64,000 bases of DNA from NCBI GenBank assembly GCA_965197415.1, contig OZ240207.1, positions 1,053,046 through 1,117,045 of the forward strand, written 5' to 3'. Positions 35,050 through 46,800 of this stretch are shown one piece after another. Source of the DNA: Dehalococcoidia bacterium. Its GTDB lineage: Bacteria > Chloroflexota > Dehalococcoidia > Lucifugimonadales > JAGWBF01. Position numbers and translations under genes: made by a program. Every line of letters begins with the position of its first letter. Position 1 is the stretch's first letter. The notes below the pieces were generated by a model. The model was not told the origin of the DNA. It made no database searches and worked only from the letters and a program-made list of their open reading frames with translations.

Positions 35050-36267
35050 GTGAGCACACCCGCCAGCGGGCTTCCAGCCTTCCTGCGCAGCTTCGACCTG
35101 CCGGAGCCGGGCGAGCTGCGCCGCGTGGCCAGGGTCTATGTCTGGGGACGCTGGTTCGTCCTGTCTATTGCCACGTTCGCCTGGCTATACCCACTCAACG
35201 TCGACGAGGTGGTATACGCGCCGAACGTAGCCCTTGCAATACTGCTGCTCGCCACCAACGGATACCTGCACTTCCGGCTGGCCACGGAGAGGTCCGTGTC
35301 CTGGCGGTGGATGCTCGCGCTGAGCGCCCTGGACCTGGCGATGCTCAGCGGCGGCGTTGCGGCGCACCGGGGGTTCGAGTCCCCCTTCTTCGTGGGGTAC
35401 TACCCGTCCCTGGCCATGTTCGCGGTGGTCTTCGGATCGGTCAGGCTCACCCTCGTCTGGGTCACGATGGCGGCGGCCGTCTACGCGGCCCTCTGCCTCG
35501 CGGTGGAGCCCGGGCTGGACTTCTCGGCGAATGATGAGGAGATACTGCTCATACGGGTTGCCGGGATGTACACGGTGGTGGTCGTCGTCAACCTGGTCTC
35601 CAGGGTGGAGCGGATAAGGAGGATGGAGGCGGTGGAGAGGGAGCGGGTGCTCCAGCGGGAGCGGATCGAGCTCTCCCACGCCATCCACAACACGATGGCC
35701 CAGTCCGCCTACATGATAGGGATGGGCATCGAGAGGGCGAAGGAGCTTGCCGACCGGTCCAACGAGGAGCTGGTGTCCACGCTCGAAGAGACCTCGGCCC
35801 TGTCCAGGTCGGCGATGTGGGAGATGCGGCACCCGATGGAGATCGGGGAGATCTTCTATGGCATGGAGCTAGGCGGGGTGCTGGAGTCGCTGGCGGCGAC
35901 CTTCTCGACCATCTCCTCCATACCCGCCGAGATGGTGCAGTCGGGCGTCGAGCCGCCCCTGCCCATCGCAACGCGGGGAGCGCTGTTCTCCATCGCCTTT
36001 AACGCCCTGACCAACGCGCTTCGCCACTCCAATGCGAGTCGTGTCCGCGTCGGCCTCGACTTCGAGCGGGACGGCCTGCGGATGTCGATTGCCGACGATG
36101 GGACCGGCCTCCCCGACGACTACGCAACGCGCGGCCAGGGCTTCAGGAACATGAGGGAGGACGCCGAGCGGCTGGGCGGCAGGCTCGTCGTGGAGACGAA
36201 CGGCCCCGAGTGGAGAACCGCTGTGACCTGCGAGCTTCCCTACAGGCATATGAGAGGAGGGAGTTGA
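35050..36267 (+). CDS. Membrane-embedded NarL-partner (HisKA_3) sensor histidine kinase
   Basis: 405 aa with a GTG start. The N-terminal half is polytopic hydrophobic. H-box ERIELSHAIHNTMAQSAYMI. HATPase ALTNALRHSNASRVRVGL..ADDGTGLP..GQGFRNMREDAERLGGRLVVET. Confidence 0.85.
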   Translation: MSTPASGLPAFLRSFDLPEPGELRRVARVYVWGRWFVLSIATFAWLYPLNVDEVVYAPNVALAILLLATNGYLHFRLATERSVSWRWMLALSALDLAMLSGGVAAHRGFESPFFVGYYPSLAMFAVVFGSVRLTLVWVTMAAAVYAALCLAVEPGLDFSANDEEILLIRVAGMYTVVVVVNLVSRVERIRRMEAVERERVLQRERIELSHAIHNTMAQSAYMIGMGIERAKELADRSNEELVSTLEETSALSRSAMWEMRHPMEIGEIFYGMELGGVLESLAATFSTISSIPAEMVQSGVEPPLPIATRGALFSIAFNALTNALRHSNASRVRVGLDFERDGLRMSIADDGTGLPDDYATRGQGFRNMREDAERLGGRLVVETNGPEWRTAVTCELPYRHMRGGS

Positions 36268-36268
36268 A

Positions 36269-36934
36269 ATGGCTTCGACACCGGTCAGAGTCTTGCTGGT
36301 GGACGACCACCCGGTGATGCGCGACGGTCTCCAGCAGCTGCTGGAGCGGACCGGCGAGTTCGAGGTGGTGGGACACGCCGGAGACGGCGAGGAGGCGGAG
36401 CGAGTGGCGAAGGAGGTTCTCCCGGACCTCATCATCATGGACGTGCTGATGCCGGGCAGGGACGGGATAGATGCGTGCCGGGAGATCATAGACGCCCTGG
36501 CGGACGTCAGGGTGCTCATGCTGACCGCCTCCACAGAGAAGGACGCCGTCATAGAGGCGGTGGCCGCCGGCGCCGACGGCTACCTTCAGAAGTTCACCGG
36601 GACGGAGCAGCTGTTGGCCATGGTCAGGGACGTAGCCGGAGGCGAGTACCGGATGCCCCGGGACGTGATGAGACGGGTGTTCAGGCGGCTGCGCCACCTG
36701 CCGGAGGATATCGATTCGCCCCGGCGGAAGGCGTTGACATCGAGGGAGAAGGAGATACTCGCACAGTTCGCGCAGGGGATGTCGTACGCCGCCATCGCCG
36801 AGACCAGGGGCAACCGCTCATCGACGGTCCGCAACACCATCTACCACATACAGGACAAGCTGGGATTCGGCAGCAAGCAGGAGATCGTCGTCTGGGCCGT
36901 GCGAAACGGATTGGTGGACCGAGATCTCGACTGA
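36269..36934 (+). CDS. NarL/LuxR-family response regulator
   Basis: 221 aa. VRVLLVDDHPVMRDGL..DLIIMDVLMPGRDG..LTAS receiver, plus C-terminal LTSREKEILAQFAQGMSYAAIAETRGNRSSTVRNTIYHIQDKLG LuxR-type HTH. The start lies 1 nt after the kinase stop. Confidence 0.9.
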   Translation: MASTPVRVLLVDDHPVMRDGLQQLLERTGEFEVVGHAGDGEEAERVAKEVLPDLIIMDVLMPGRDGIDACREIIDALADVRVLMLTASTEKDAVIEAVAAGADGYLQKFTGTEQLLAMVRDVAGGEYRMPRDVMRRVFRRLRHLPEDIDSPRRKALTSREKEILAQFAQGMSYAAIAETRGNRSSTVRNTIYHIQDKLGFGSKQEIVVWAVRNGLVDRDLD

Positions 36935-37105
36935 ATTTCTCCCGCACCAACTCCCCATGACTCGATAGCGCCTCCACCGCCCGCCCAACGTCCCCCGGCA
37001 AGGCGGTCCCGCAGCATTCGCGCCGCAAGCCCTCCTGCCTTGCCCCGCCGTCGGCCCGCCGGGAACCGAGGAAGCAGACCGACAGGCAACGGAGCGATCA
37101 GCGAC

Positions 37106-37134
37106 GAGGCCCCTGCTGTAACGGCGGGGGCCTC
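37106..37134 (+). terminator. Possible terminator hairpin after the two-component operon
   Basis: GAGGCCCC (37106-37113) pairs with GGGGCCTC (37127-37134) around a 13-nt loop. It is followed by CGGCTTGTT, a weak U tract. Confidence 0.3.
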
Positions 37135-37293
37135 CGGCTTGTTCCAGACCGCCGCAGCGATTCCTACACTCACACCCACGCCCCGCCCGCTCCCCGCCAT
37201 TCCCCCGACTCCGATGGGAGTCCCTTTGAGCGTCCGCTTCGCTTCCTGAACATGCTGGGCTGAGACCTGACGCGGCATGGGCATAGGCCGTTT

Positions 37294-37334
37294 GTAGGCA
37301 TTTGCCTACACAATCCCTATAGGCAAATGCCTAG
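37294..37334. promoter_or_regulatory. Two 7-2-7 inverted-repeat sites, candidate NarL/LuxR-type operators
   Basis: GTAGGCA-TT-TGCCTAC (37294-37309) and aTAGGCA-AA-TGCCTAg (37319-37334), with centres 25 bp apart. They lie between the NarL-type regulator gene and the giant gene. Confidence 0.4.
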
Positions 37335-37592
37335 CAGCAAACTCTATACATCCGGCCTGGAGGCTCTCTACGATTTATGTTGACGAGGGCTGCTTTTCGA
37401 GCGGTCAGTCTTGTCATGGGCAACGAACAGTCCAGGCAAACACACGACGTTGGGCGATGGGAGCGATGACCAGTACCGGCAGACGAGGAACCCCAATCCT
37501 CGACGGAGGAGAGACGGCCGTCGCGGCGACCCGTGTTGCCGTGAGGCCCGCTACCCGGTCCGACTTCCGTCGCAAACTAGCACAGACGTTCA

Positions 37593-37609
37593 CCCCCCCC
37601 CCCCCCCCC
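37593..37609. repeat. C17 homopolymer tract
   Basis: I count 17 consecutive C (37593-37609), followed by GATTTTTG. The tract lies about 245 nt upstream of the giant-gene start codon. Confidence 0.9.
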
Positions 37610-37854
37610 GATTTTTGTCTCCAGGCTGTAATGGGGCCGCTCCCGCCCTCGCCTGCATCACCGTTCGACAACGCGCCCAGCGCCCTCGGAGTGCGTGGGG
37701 AACGGCGCAGGAGGCTGCTCCACAGGCCGAACGCTGGTGCGCTCTGTGACTCTCGAGGCGGCGATGGCTTACCCAACGGTCCCCATAGACCGAGCCTCGG
37801 CGACCGCAGCGTGTGGCGGGCAGGTCATCACTCGCGCTCGACGGAGGAAGCGTG

Positions 37855-40800
37855 ATGGCTCTTACCAATAGACAACGATTCCCTGTCCTGCTCATCCTCA
37901 TTATTGCCGCGCTCGCCCTCTTCCTCGCAGGCGCTCCGGCCCGGGCTCAGGAGGGCTCGGCGCCCGACGCGCCCACGGGCCTGACCGTCGCCAGTGTCAG
38001 CCACGACTCCGTTGAGCTGGACTGGGACGACTCCGGCGACTCCTCCATCACCCACTACCAGGTATTCAGGCGGGACCGCGCCGTCCATGACGCCGGCGAG
38101 TTCGTCATCATCGAGGGGGACACGGGATCGACGGCCACGGAGTATACCGATGCGACCGTGGAGGCCGACGAGGAGTACGTCTACCGGGTCAAGGCGGTGA
38201 ACGCGTACGGGGCCAGCCCGTGGTCCGACCACGTCAGAGCCGACACGCCGACAGGTCCGGGACAGGAAACGGTCTACACCTATGAGGACGGCGACCGGAC
38301 TATCCGGGTCATCCTACAGGGAGTCCTCGTCCTCCAGGAGACCGGCGCCGACACTCCTTCGGACGGTGTAGTGCGCAGGGCGGCCGGAGGCAACATCGTC
38401 CGACAACAATCGGGAGACGGCGGCGCCGACCTACCGGTGTTTCGCTCTTCGGGAGGCGCGTTGATGACCCTGCCCGGCGGCGTGCTGCTCGCGCTGGACC
38501 CGGAGTGGGACGAGGCCATGGTCAATGGCTTCTTCGCGCGGAACAACATCTGGAAAGGACGAGTATCAGAGCTGGACTACATACCGAACGGGTTCTTCGT
38601 GCGGACCGAACCGGGTTTTCCGTCATTGGAGCTGGCCAATGCGTTGGCGGGGCAGAAGGGCGTCCTGGTTTCCAGCCCGAACTGGTGGCGCGAGGTTGGG
38701 ACGAGACAGGAACCGGGAGAGACGGACAGCGACGGCGGCGAGGCCGCTCAGGAGGCCGGGGGCATCAACCCCCGCAATTCCGGCTTTGATGAAGCGTATA
38801 ATCTTACGCTTGATAATCCAACCGGCTACTTCGGCTCTATCTCTCCCGCCAACGACATTGACTACTTCAAGCTGGACCTGTCGGGCGAAACCGGGACCAC
38901 CGACGTGCGCATTAATATTCATACGGAAATCTTCACCTTTGTGGAACTGTATGACAGCGACAGAGAGTCCCTCATGGAAACCTACAAACTGACACGCGAT
39001 CCTTCGCTGCTGGCGAGCCTCCCATCAGGCGTTTACTACGTGACAGTTCGTGGCCCAGGTTCCCTTTTCAGTGGTATCACCGTCACCGGCGACTACAGGC
39101 TGTGGGCCTTCACCGTCACGGCGACGAATGTGTCCCTGGGCTCCTCGGTGGCCGCGAGCATCGGCTCCTCCTACTCTAGTAACTACTTCAAGCTGGACCT
39201 GTCGGGCCAAACCGAGGACACCGACGTATCGGTATTCACGGTCAGCGATGACTTTGCGCCTCAGATAGAAGGACCGTCAGGGTCCCTGCAAGGATTGCAA
39301 AACGTAGACGCTTTGGGTGATAGAAAGTGGGTTGTCTATTGGAGCGGTGACAACCTTTCTCCAGGAGTACACCTTTTTCGCGTTCACGGCGACGGCGATA
39401 CCGGAGACTATACCCTGCGCGTCGCGGCCGTGCCGGATCACGGCAGCACGACGGCCACAGCCGCAGACCTGAATCTCGATGCCCCAACGTCCGGCAAGCT
39501 CACCTCGGCAACCGACGCGGACTATTTCAAGCTCGTGCTCCCAGAGGCCAAGAACCTTGCCATCATGGCTTTTTCTAATGTCAATCCGGTCATGTTTGAC
39601 TCGGGCGCCACAGAGATACCAGTAAATATAGAGATAGCCGATGGTGGATACAATGCGATTGTTGACGACTTCGCATCCGGCACGCACTACGTCAAGATAG
39701 CTAGTACTGCCCATATTGATACTACTCATACTGATGATGGCACCCTTGTCAGCAATACGAGCCAACTCCGTCCCAATACGGTCCAAATGCAGACTTCTAA
39801 CTACGCTCAGGCCTTCACAACCGGAGCCAACGCTGCCGGCTACGCCCTCAGCAGCGTCAAAGTCGTCTCCACGGATGCTGCGGGCGATGGTTTTACTGTC
39901 GCCGTGTACACCGTCGACGGCGATGGCCATCCCGATACACCCCACGCCTTGCTCACCACTCCGGACAGCTTCGCCGCGGGGACCCTTGTCTTCACCGCCC
40001 TCGCCAACGCCACTCTTGAGCCGAATACAACCTACGCCCTGGTCTTTGACGTGTCGTCTTCACCCGCAGATGTGGGTATCACCTTATCGAACGACGAGGA
40101 CTCGGACGCCGCAGCCGGGTGGAGCATTGCCAATACCTACTACCTCACAGGTCCGACAGGCTGGGAACCAGCCAGCTCAACCGCGTCGATTCGCATCGCC
40201 ATCGAGGGCGCCGCCGCCCCGGTTTCCTACGCGCTCTATGCCTACGAGGACACCGGCTACGGGACATGGTTCGACGGCTGCGCAGACGATACGGAGGACC
40301 TGGGCATCTCAACTATCAACGACCCTCTCTATGCCTGCCAGTGGCACCTGAAGGACATCAACGTCGAGTCGGTCTGGGCTGGCAGCATCACGGGCGCGGG
40401 TGTGAACGTCGCCGTGGTGGACGACACGATCGACTATAGCCATGCCGACCTCAGCGACAACATCAACAGCGCGCTCAATCACGATTACGGAGCCCGCAGC
40501 AACGCCTACCGTCCCGCCGAGCACCACGGCACGAACGTCGCGGGCGTGATTGCGGCCCGGGACAACACTATCGGCGTGCGGGGCGTGGTCCCCAGGGCGA
40601 CCATCTACGGGCATAACCTATTGGCTGATGGGCAAATTTACGCCACTGATATGAACGAGGTGGACGCCATGTCCCGCAACCGGATGACAACAGCCGTGTC
40701 CAACAACAGTTGGGGGCCTGCCGACGGTTTTGGTTTTGACAAGGCTCCCGCACTGTGGGGAATGGCGATTGACAGCGGCGTCAAGGAAGGCTACGCCGGC

Positions 40801-43800
40801 AAAGGGGTCTTCTATGCCTGGGCCGGCGGCAATGGACATCAGTCTCAAGACAACTCCAACTTCGACGAGTACGCCAACTATTACGGCGTCACGGCCGTGT
40901 GCGCGGTGGGTGACGACGGGGCCAGAGCCGCCTACTCGGAGCGGGGCGCCAACCTGTGGGTCTGCGCCCCGTCGGACGGTGGCTACCGGAGCATCGTCAC
41001 CACGGAGAATTCCGACCGCTACACAAACACCTTCGGTGGCACCTCCTCTGCGACCCCCAAGGTCGCCGGCGTGGCCGCGCTGCTGCGTCATGCCAACCCG
41101 GACCTGACGTGGCGGGACCTGAAGCTGATCCTGGCCGGCTCGGCGCGCAAGAACGACCCCACAAACACCGGCTGGCGGAATGGCGCCCGCAAGTACGGCT
41201 CGACCGACAGCGCGGACCGCTATCACTTCAACCACGGATACGGGTTCGGGGTGGTTGACGCCGCCGCCGCAGTGGCCCTGGCGCAGGACTGGAGCACTCT
41301 CCCTGAGTTCAAGAATGCATCATCGGCATCGGGCACGCTCAACAGCACCATCCCCGAGTACCCAGCCAGTGGTATCACCTCCTCGCTCTCTCTGGACACC
41401 GAGATGGATTTCACAGAGTTCGTCGAGGTAACCGTCACAATCGACCACCCATTCTGGCGCGACCTGCGGATAGAGTTGGTGTCGCCGACAGGGACCGTTT
41501 CCACATTGGCCCTTCCACTGCACTCTACAGGCACTATACCGGGCTCCGACAGCACTTTCTCGCCGGGCACGTTCCGCTTCGGCTCGGCAAAGCATCTGGG
41601 TGAGGACCCCAACGGTACGTGGACGCTACGGGTCGCCGATGAGCTGGCTTCTGACCAAGGCACGCTCACAAGCTGGAGCATCAAGGTCTATGGTCACCGG
41701 GGCATTCCCGACCTGGTGGTTGAATCGCCTTCGGTCAGCGACAGCAGCCTGCTGACGGGCGCGTCCTTCACCCTCAGGGCCACGGTGCGCAACCAAGGCG
41801 GCAGCGAGGCGGCCAGCAGCACCCTGACCTACTACCGCTCCACCGACGACACCATCGACACGAACGACAGCTCCGTAGGCACGGACCCGGTGAGCGGGCT
41901 GGCGGTGGCGGGAACCAGTGCTGAGTCCATCGACCTGACCGCGCCATCCACGACGGGGACGTACTACTACGGGGCCTGCGTGGACGCGGTGACGAATGAG
42001 TCCGACACGACGAACAACTGCTCGGCGGCGGTGGCGGTAACTGTGGTCGGCCCCCCCGACCTGGTGGTGGTCACGCCGACGGTCACCGACAGCAGCCCGC
42101 TGACGGGCGCGTCCTTCACCCTCAGGGCCACGGTGCGCAACCAAGGCGGCAGCGAGGCGGCCAGCAGCACCCTGACCTACTACCGCTCCACCGACGACAC
42201 CATCGACACGAACGACAGCTCCGTAGGCACGGACCCGGTGAGCGGGCTGGCGGTGGCGGGAACCAGTGCTGAGTCCATCGACCTGACCGCGCCATCCACG
42301 ACGGGGACGTACTACTACGGGGCCTGCGTGGACGCGGTGACGAATGAGTCCGACACGACGAACAACTGCTCGGCGGCGGTGGCGGTAACTGTGGTCGGCC
42401 CCCCCGACCTGGTGGTGGTCACGCCGACGGTCACCGACAGCAGCCCGCTGACGGGCGCGTCCTTCACCCTCAGGGCCACGGTGCGCAATCAGGGCGGCAG
42501 CGAGGCGGCCGCCAGCACCCTGCGCTACTACCGCTCCACCAACGCCACCATCGACACGAACGACAGCTCAGTCGGCACGGACCCAGTGAGCGGGCTGGCG
42601 GCGGCGGGAACCAGTGCCGAGTCCATCAACCTGACCGCGCCGTCTACAGCGGGGACGTACTACTACGGGGCCTGCGTGAGCACGGTGACGAACGAGTCCG
42701 CCACTGGGAACAACTGCTCGACGGCGGTGAGGGTGACCGTGGTCAGGCGACCCGACCTAGTGGTGGGCACGCCGACGGTCAGCGACAGCAGCCTACTGAC
42801 GGGCGCGTCCTTCACCCTCAGGGCCACGGTGCGCAACCAGGGCGGCAGCGAGGCGGCCGCCAGCACCCTGCGCTACTACCGCTCCACCAACGCCACCATC
42901 GACACGAACGACAGCTCAGTAGGCACGGACACGGTGTCCAGTCTGAGCGCGGGGGCGAGCAGCGCCCAGTCGACCAGCGTGATCGCTCCGGCTACGGCGG
43001 GGACGTACTACTACGGGGCCTGCGTGAGCACGGTGACGAACGAGTCCGCCACTGGGAACAACTGCTCGGCGGCGGTGAGGGTGACCGTGGTCGGCCCCCC
43101 CGACCTGGTGGTGGTCACGCCGACGGTCAGCGACAGCAGCCCGTTGACGGGCGCGTCCTTCACCCTCAGGGCCACGGTGCGCAACCACGGCGGCGCGGCG
43201 GCGGGCAGTACCATCCTGACCTACTACCGCTCCAGCGACGCCACCATCGCCACGAACGACACCTCAGTAGGCACGGACACGGTGTCCAGTCTGAGCGCGG
43301 GGAATACCAGCGCCCAGTCGACCAGCGTGACCGCTCCGGCTACGGCGGGGACCTACTACTACGGGGCATGCGTGCGCGCGGTGGCGGATGAGTCCGACAC
43401 GACGAACAACTGCTCGACGGCGGTGGCGGCGACCGTGGTCGCGCCCCCCGACCTGGTGGTGGTCACGCCGACGGTCAGCGACAGCAGCCTGCTGACGGGC
43501 GCGTCCTTCACCCTCAGGGCCACGGTGAGCAACCAGGGCGGCAGCGAGGCGGCCGCCAGCACCCTGCGCTACTACCGCTCCAGCAACGCCACCATCGACA
43601 CGAACGACAGCTCAGTAGGCACGGACACGGTGTCCAGTCTGAGCGCGGGGAATACCAGCGTCCAGTCGACCAGCGTGACCGCGCCGTCTACGGCGGGCAC
43701 GTACTACTACGGCGCCTGCGTGTTCCCGGTGGCGGATGAGTCCGCCACCGGGAACAACTGCTCGGCGGCGGTGAGGGTGACCGTGGTCGGCCCCCCCGAC

Positions 43801-46800
43801 CTGGTGGTGGTCACGCCCAGTGTCAGCGACAGCAGCCCGCTGACGGGCGCGTCCTTCGACCTCAGCGCCACGGTGCGCAACCAGGGCGGCAGCGCGGCGA
43901 GCAGCACCACCCTGCGCTACTACCGCTCCACCGACTCGACCATATCATCCAGCGACACGCCCGCGGGCACGGACTCGGTGAGCGGGCTGGGCGCGGGGAA
44001 TACCAGCGCCGAGTCGATCAGGCTGACGGCGCCGGCTACGGCGGGGACGTACTACTACGGGGCCTGCGTGAGCACGGTGACGAATGAGTCCGCCACTGGG
44101 AACAACTGCTCGGCGGCGGTGAGGGTGACCGTGACCTCGCCCGACCTGGTGGTGGACCCGCCCACGGTGAGCGACAGCAGCCTGCTGACGGGCGCGTCCT
44201 TCACCCTCAGCGCCACGGTGCGCAACCAGGGCAACGGAGCGGCGGGCAGCAGCACCCTGCGCTACTACGGCTCCAGCGACGCCACCATCACCACGAGCGA
44301 CACCTATCTCGGCATGGACCCGGTAATCGGGCTGGGCGCGGGGGCGGACAGCCCCGAGTCGATCAGCGTGATCGCGCCGTCTACGGCGGGCACGTACTAC
44401 TACGGGGCCTGCGTGAACACGGTGACGAACGAGTCCGCCGCTGGGAACAACTGCTCGACGGCGGTGAGGGTGACCGTGGTCGGCCCCCCCGACCTGGTGG
44501 TGGTCACGCCGACGGTCAGCGACAGCAGCCCGTTGACGGGCGCGTCCTTCACCCTCAGGGCCACGGTGCGCAACCAGGGCGGCGCGGCGGCGGGCAGCAC
44601 CACCCTGCGCTACTACCGCTCCACCGACTCGACCATATCATCCAGCGACACGCCCGCGGGCACGGACTCGGTGTCCAGTCTGGGCGCGGGGGCGAGCAGC
44701 GCCCAGTCGATCAGGCTGACCGCGCCGGCTACGACGGGGACGTACTACTACGGGGCCTGCGTGGGCACGGTGTCCGGCGAATCGGCTACGACGAACAACT
44801 GCTCGGCGGCGGTGACGGTGACCGTGACGGCGCCGGACCTGGTGGTAGAAGCGCCGACGGTCAGCGACAGCAGCCCGTTGACGGGCGCGTCCTTCACCCT
44901 CAGGGCCACGGTGCGCAACCAGGGCGGCGCGGCGGCGGGCAGCACCACCCTGCGCTACTACCGCTCCACCGACTCGACCATATCATCCAGCGACACGCCC
45001 GCGGGCACGGACTCGGTGTCCAGTCTGGGCGCGGGGAATACCAGCGCCGAGTCGATCAGCCTGGCGGCGCCGGCTACGGCGGGGACCTACTACTACGGGG
45101 CCTGCGTGGGCACGGTGACGAATGAGTCCGATACGGCGAACAACTGCTCGGCGGCGGTGAGGGTGACCGTGGTCGCGCCCCCCGACCTGGTGGTGGGCAC
45201 GCCCACGGTCAGCAACAGCAATCCGGCAGCGGGGATGGCCCTCACCCTCAACGCCATGGTGCGCAACCAGGGCGGCAGCACGGCGGGCAGCACCACCCTG
45301 ACCTACTACCGCTCAACCAACCCCACGATCGCCACGAACGACACCTCCGTCGGCACGGACCCGGTGAGCGGGCTGGGCGCGGGGAGCACCAGCGCCCAGT
45401 CGACCAGCGTGACCGCGCCGGCTACGGCGGGGACCTACTACTACGGGGCCTGCGTGGGCAGGGTGACGAACGAGTCCGATACGACGAACAACTGCTCCGT
45501 GGCGGTGGCGGTGACCGTGGGGGCGGCGCCCGCGCCGGACCTGGTGGTAGAAGCGCCTTCGGTCAGCGACAGCAGTCCGCTGACTGGCGCGTCCTTCACC
45601 CTCAGGGCCACGGTGCGCAACCTGGGCAGCGGGGCGGCGGGCAGCAGCACCCTGCGCTACTACCGCTCCAGCGACGCCACCATCTCCACGAGCGACACGC
45701 TCGAACCAAGCACGGCTGCGGTGGGCGTGTTGCGCCCGGGGGCGACCGTCACCCAGGCGATTCCTCTGACCGCGCCGTTTACGACAGGGACCTATTACTA
45801 CTACGCCTGCGTGGACATGGTGACGGACGAGTCCAACACTGGGAACAACTGCTCGGCGCCGGTGGCGGTGACCGTGGGTGTAGCGCCGGTCTTCAGCGAG
45901 GGAGCCGGCACAGAGCGCAGTGTGGCGGAGAACACTGTCTCGGGCATGAACGTGGGGCCTGCGGTAACGGCCACCGACGCCGACAACGACACCCTGACCT
46001 ACAGCCTGGAGGGGACGGACGCGGACTCCTTCTCCATCATGTCGACCAGGGGGCAGATCCAGACCAGCGCCGAACTGAACCACGAGGCCAGGCCGAGCTA
46101 CTCGGTGACGGTGAGGGCCGACGACGGCAAGGGGGGCAGGGCCACCATCGGGGTGACCATCAGGGTCACTGACGTCAACGAGCCGCCGACAGTCGACGGC
46201 GAAGACCACCTGACTATCTTCGAGAATGACGACCTCATCGCGTCATATTCGGCCAGCGACCCGGAGGGAGTCGCGTCCACCTTCACATGGAGCGTCGCCG
46301 GTACCGACCGCGGCGACTTCAACATCGACAGGAATACGGGGGAACTGACCTTCCGCAACACCCCCAACTACGAGAGTCCCGCCGATTCCAACCGGGACAA
46401 CGTGTACGTTTTCACGGTGCGGGCTACCGATGAAGGCGGCCTCAGCGGTTCGCTGGAGGTGACGGCTACGGTTGCAAACGTCGACGAGCCACCCACCATA
46501 ACCGGCAGCGCAACCCCGCCGGACTTCCCGGAAAACGGCGTCCGGTCGGTGGCTACCTACCAGGCCACCGACCCGGAGGAACGGACAATTGCCTGGGGCC
46601 TTTCGGGGACCGACAGCGACGACTTCAACATCAACGAGGGGGTGTTGACCTTCGCAAACATTCCCGACTTCGAAAAGCCGACGGATTCGGGCGGGAACAA
46701 CGTGTACAACGTGGTGGTGCAAGCCAGCGACGACAGTATCCCGCCCAACACCGCCACCCTGCAGGTAACCGTCACCGTGATCAACGCCGCTGGAGTCGAG

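Noticed and set aside
37380-37408. TTGACG at 37380-37385 as a -35 element for the giant gene
   Set aside because: The hexamer 17 nt downstream (GGTCAG) is not -10-like. No convincing promoter could be called by eye, so the transcription start of the giant gene remains unknown.
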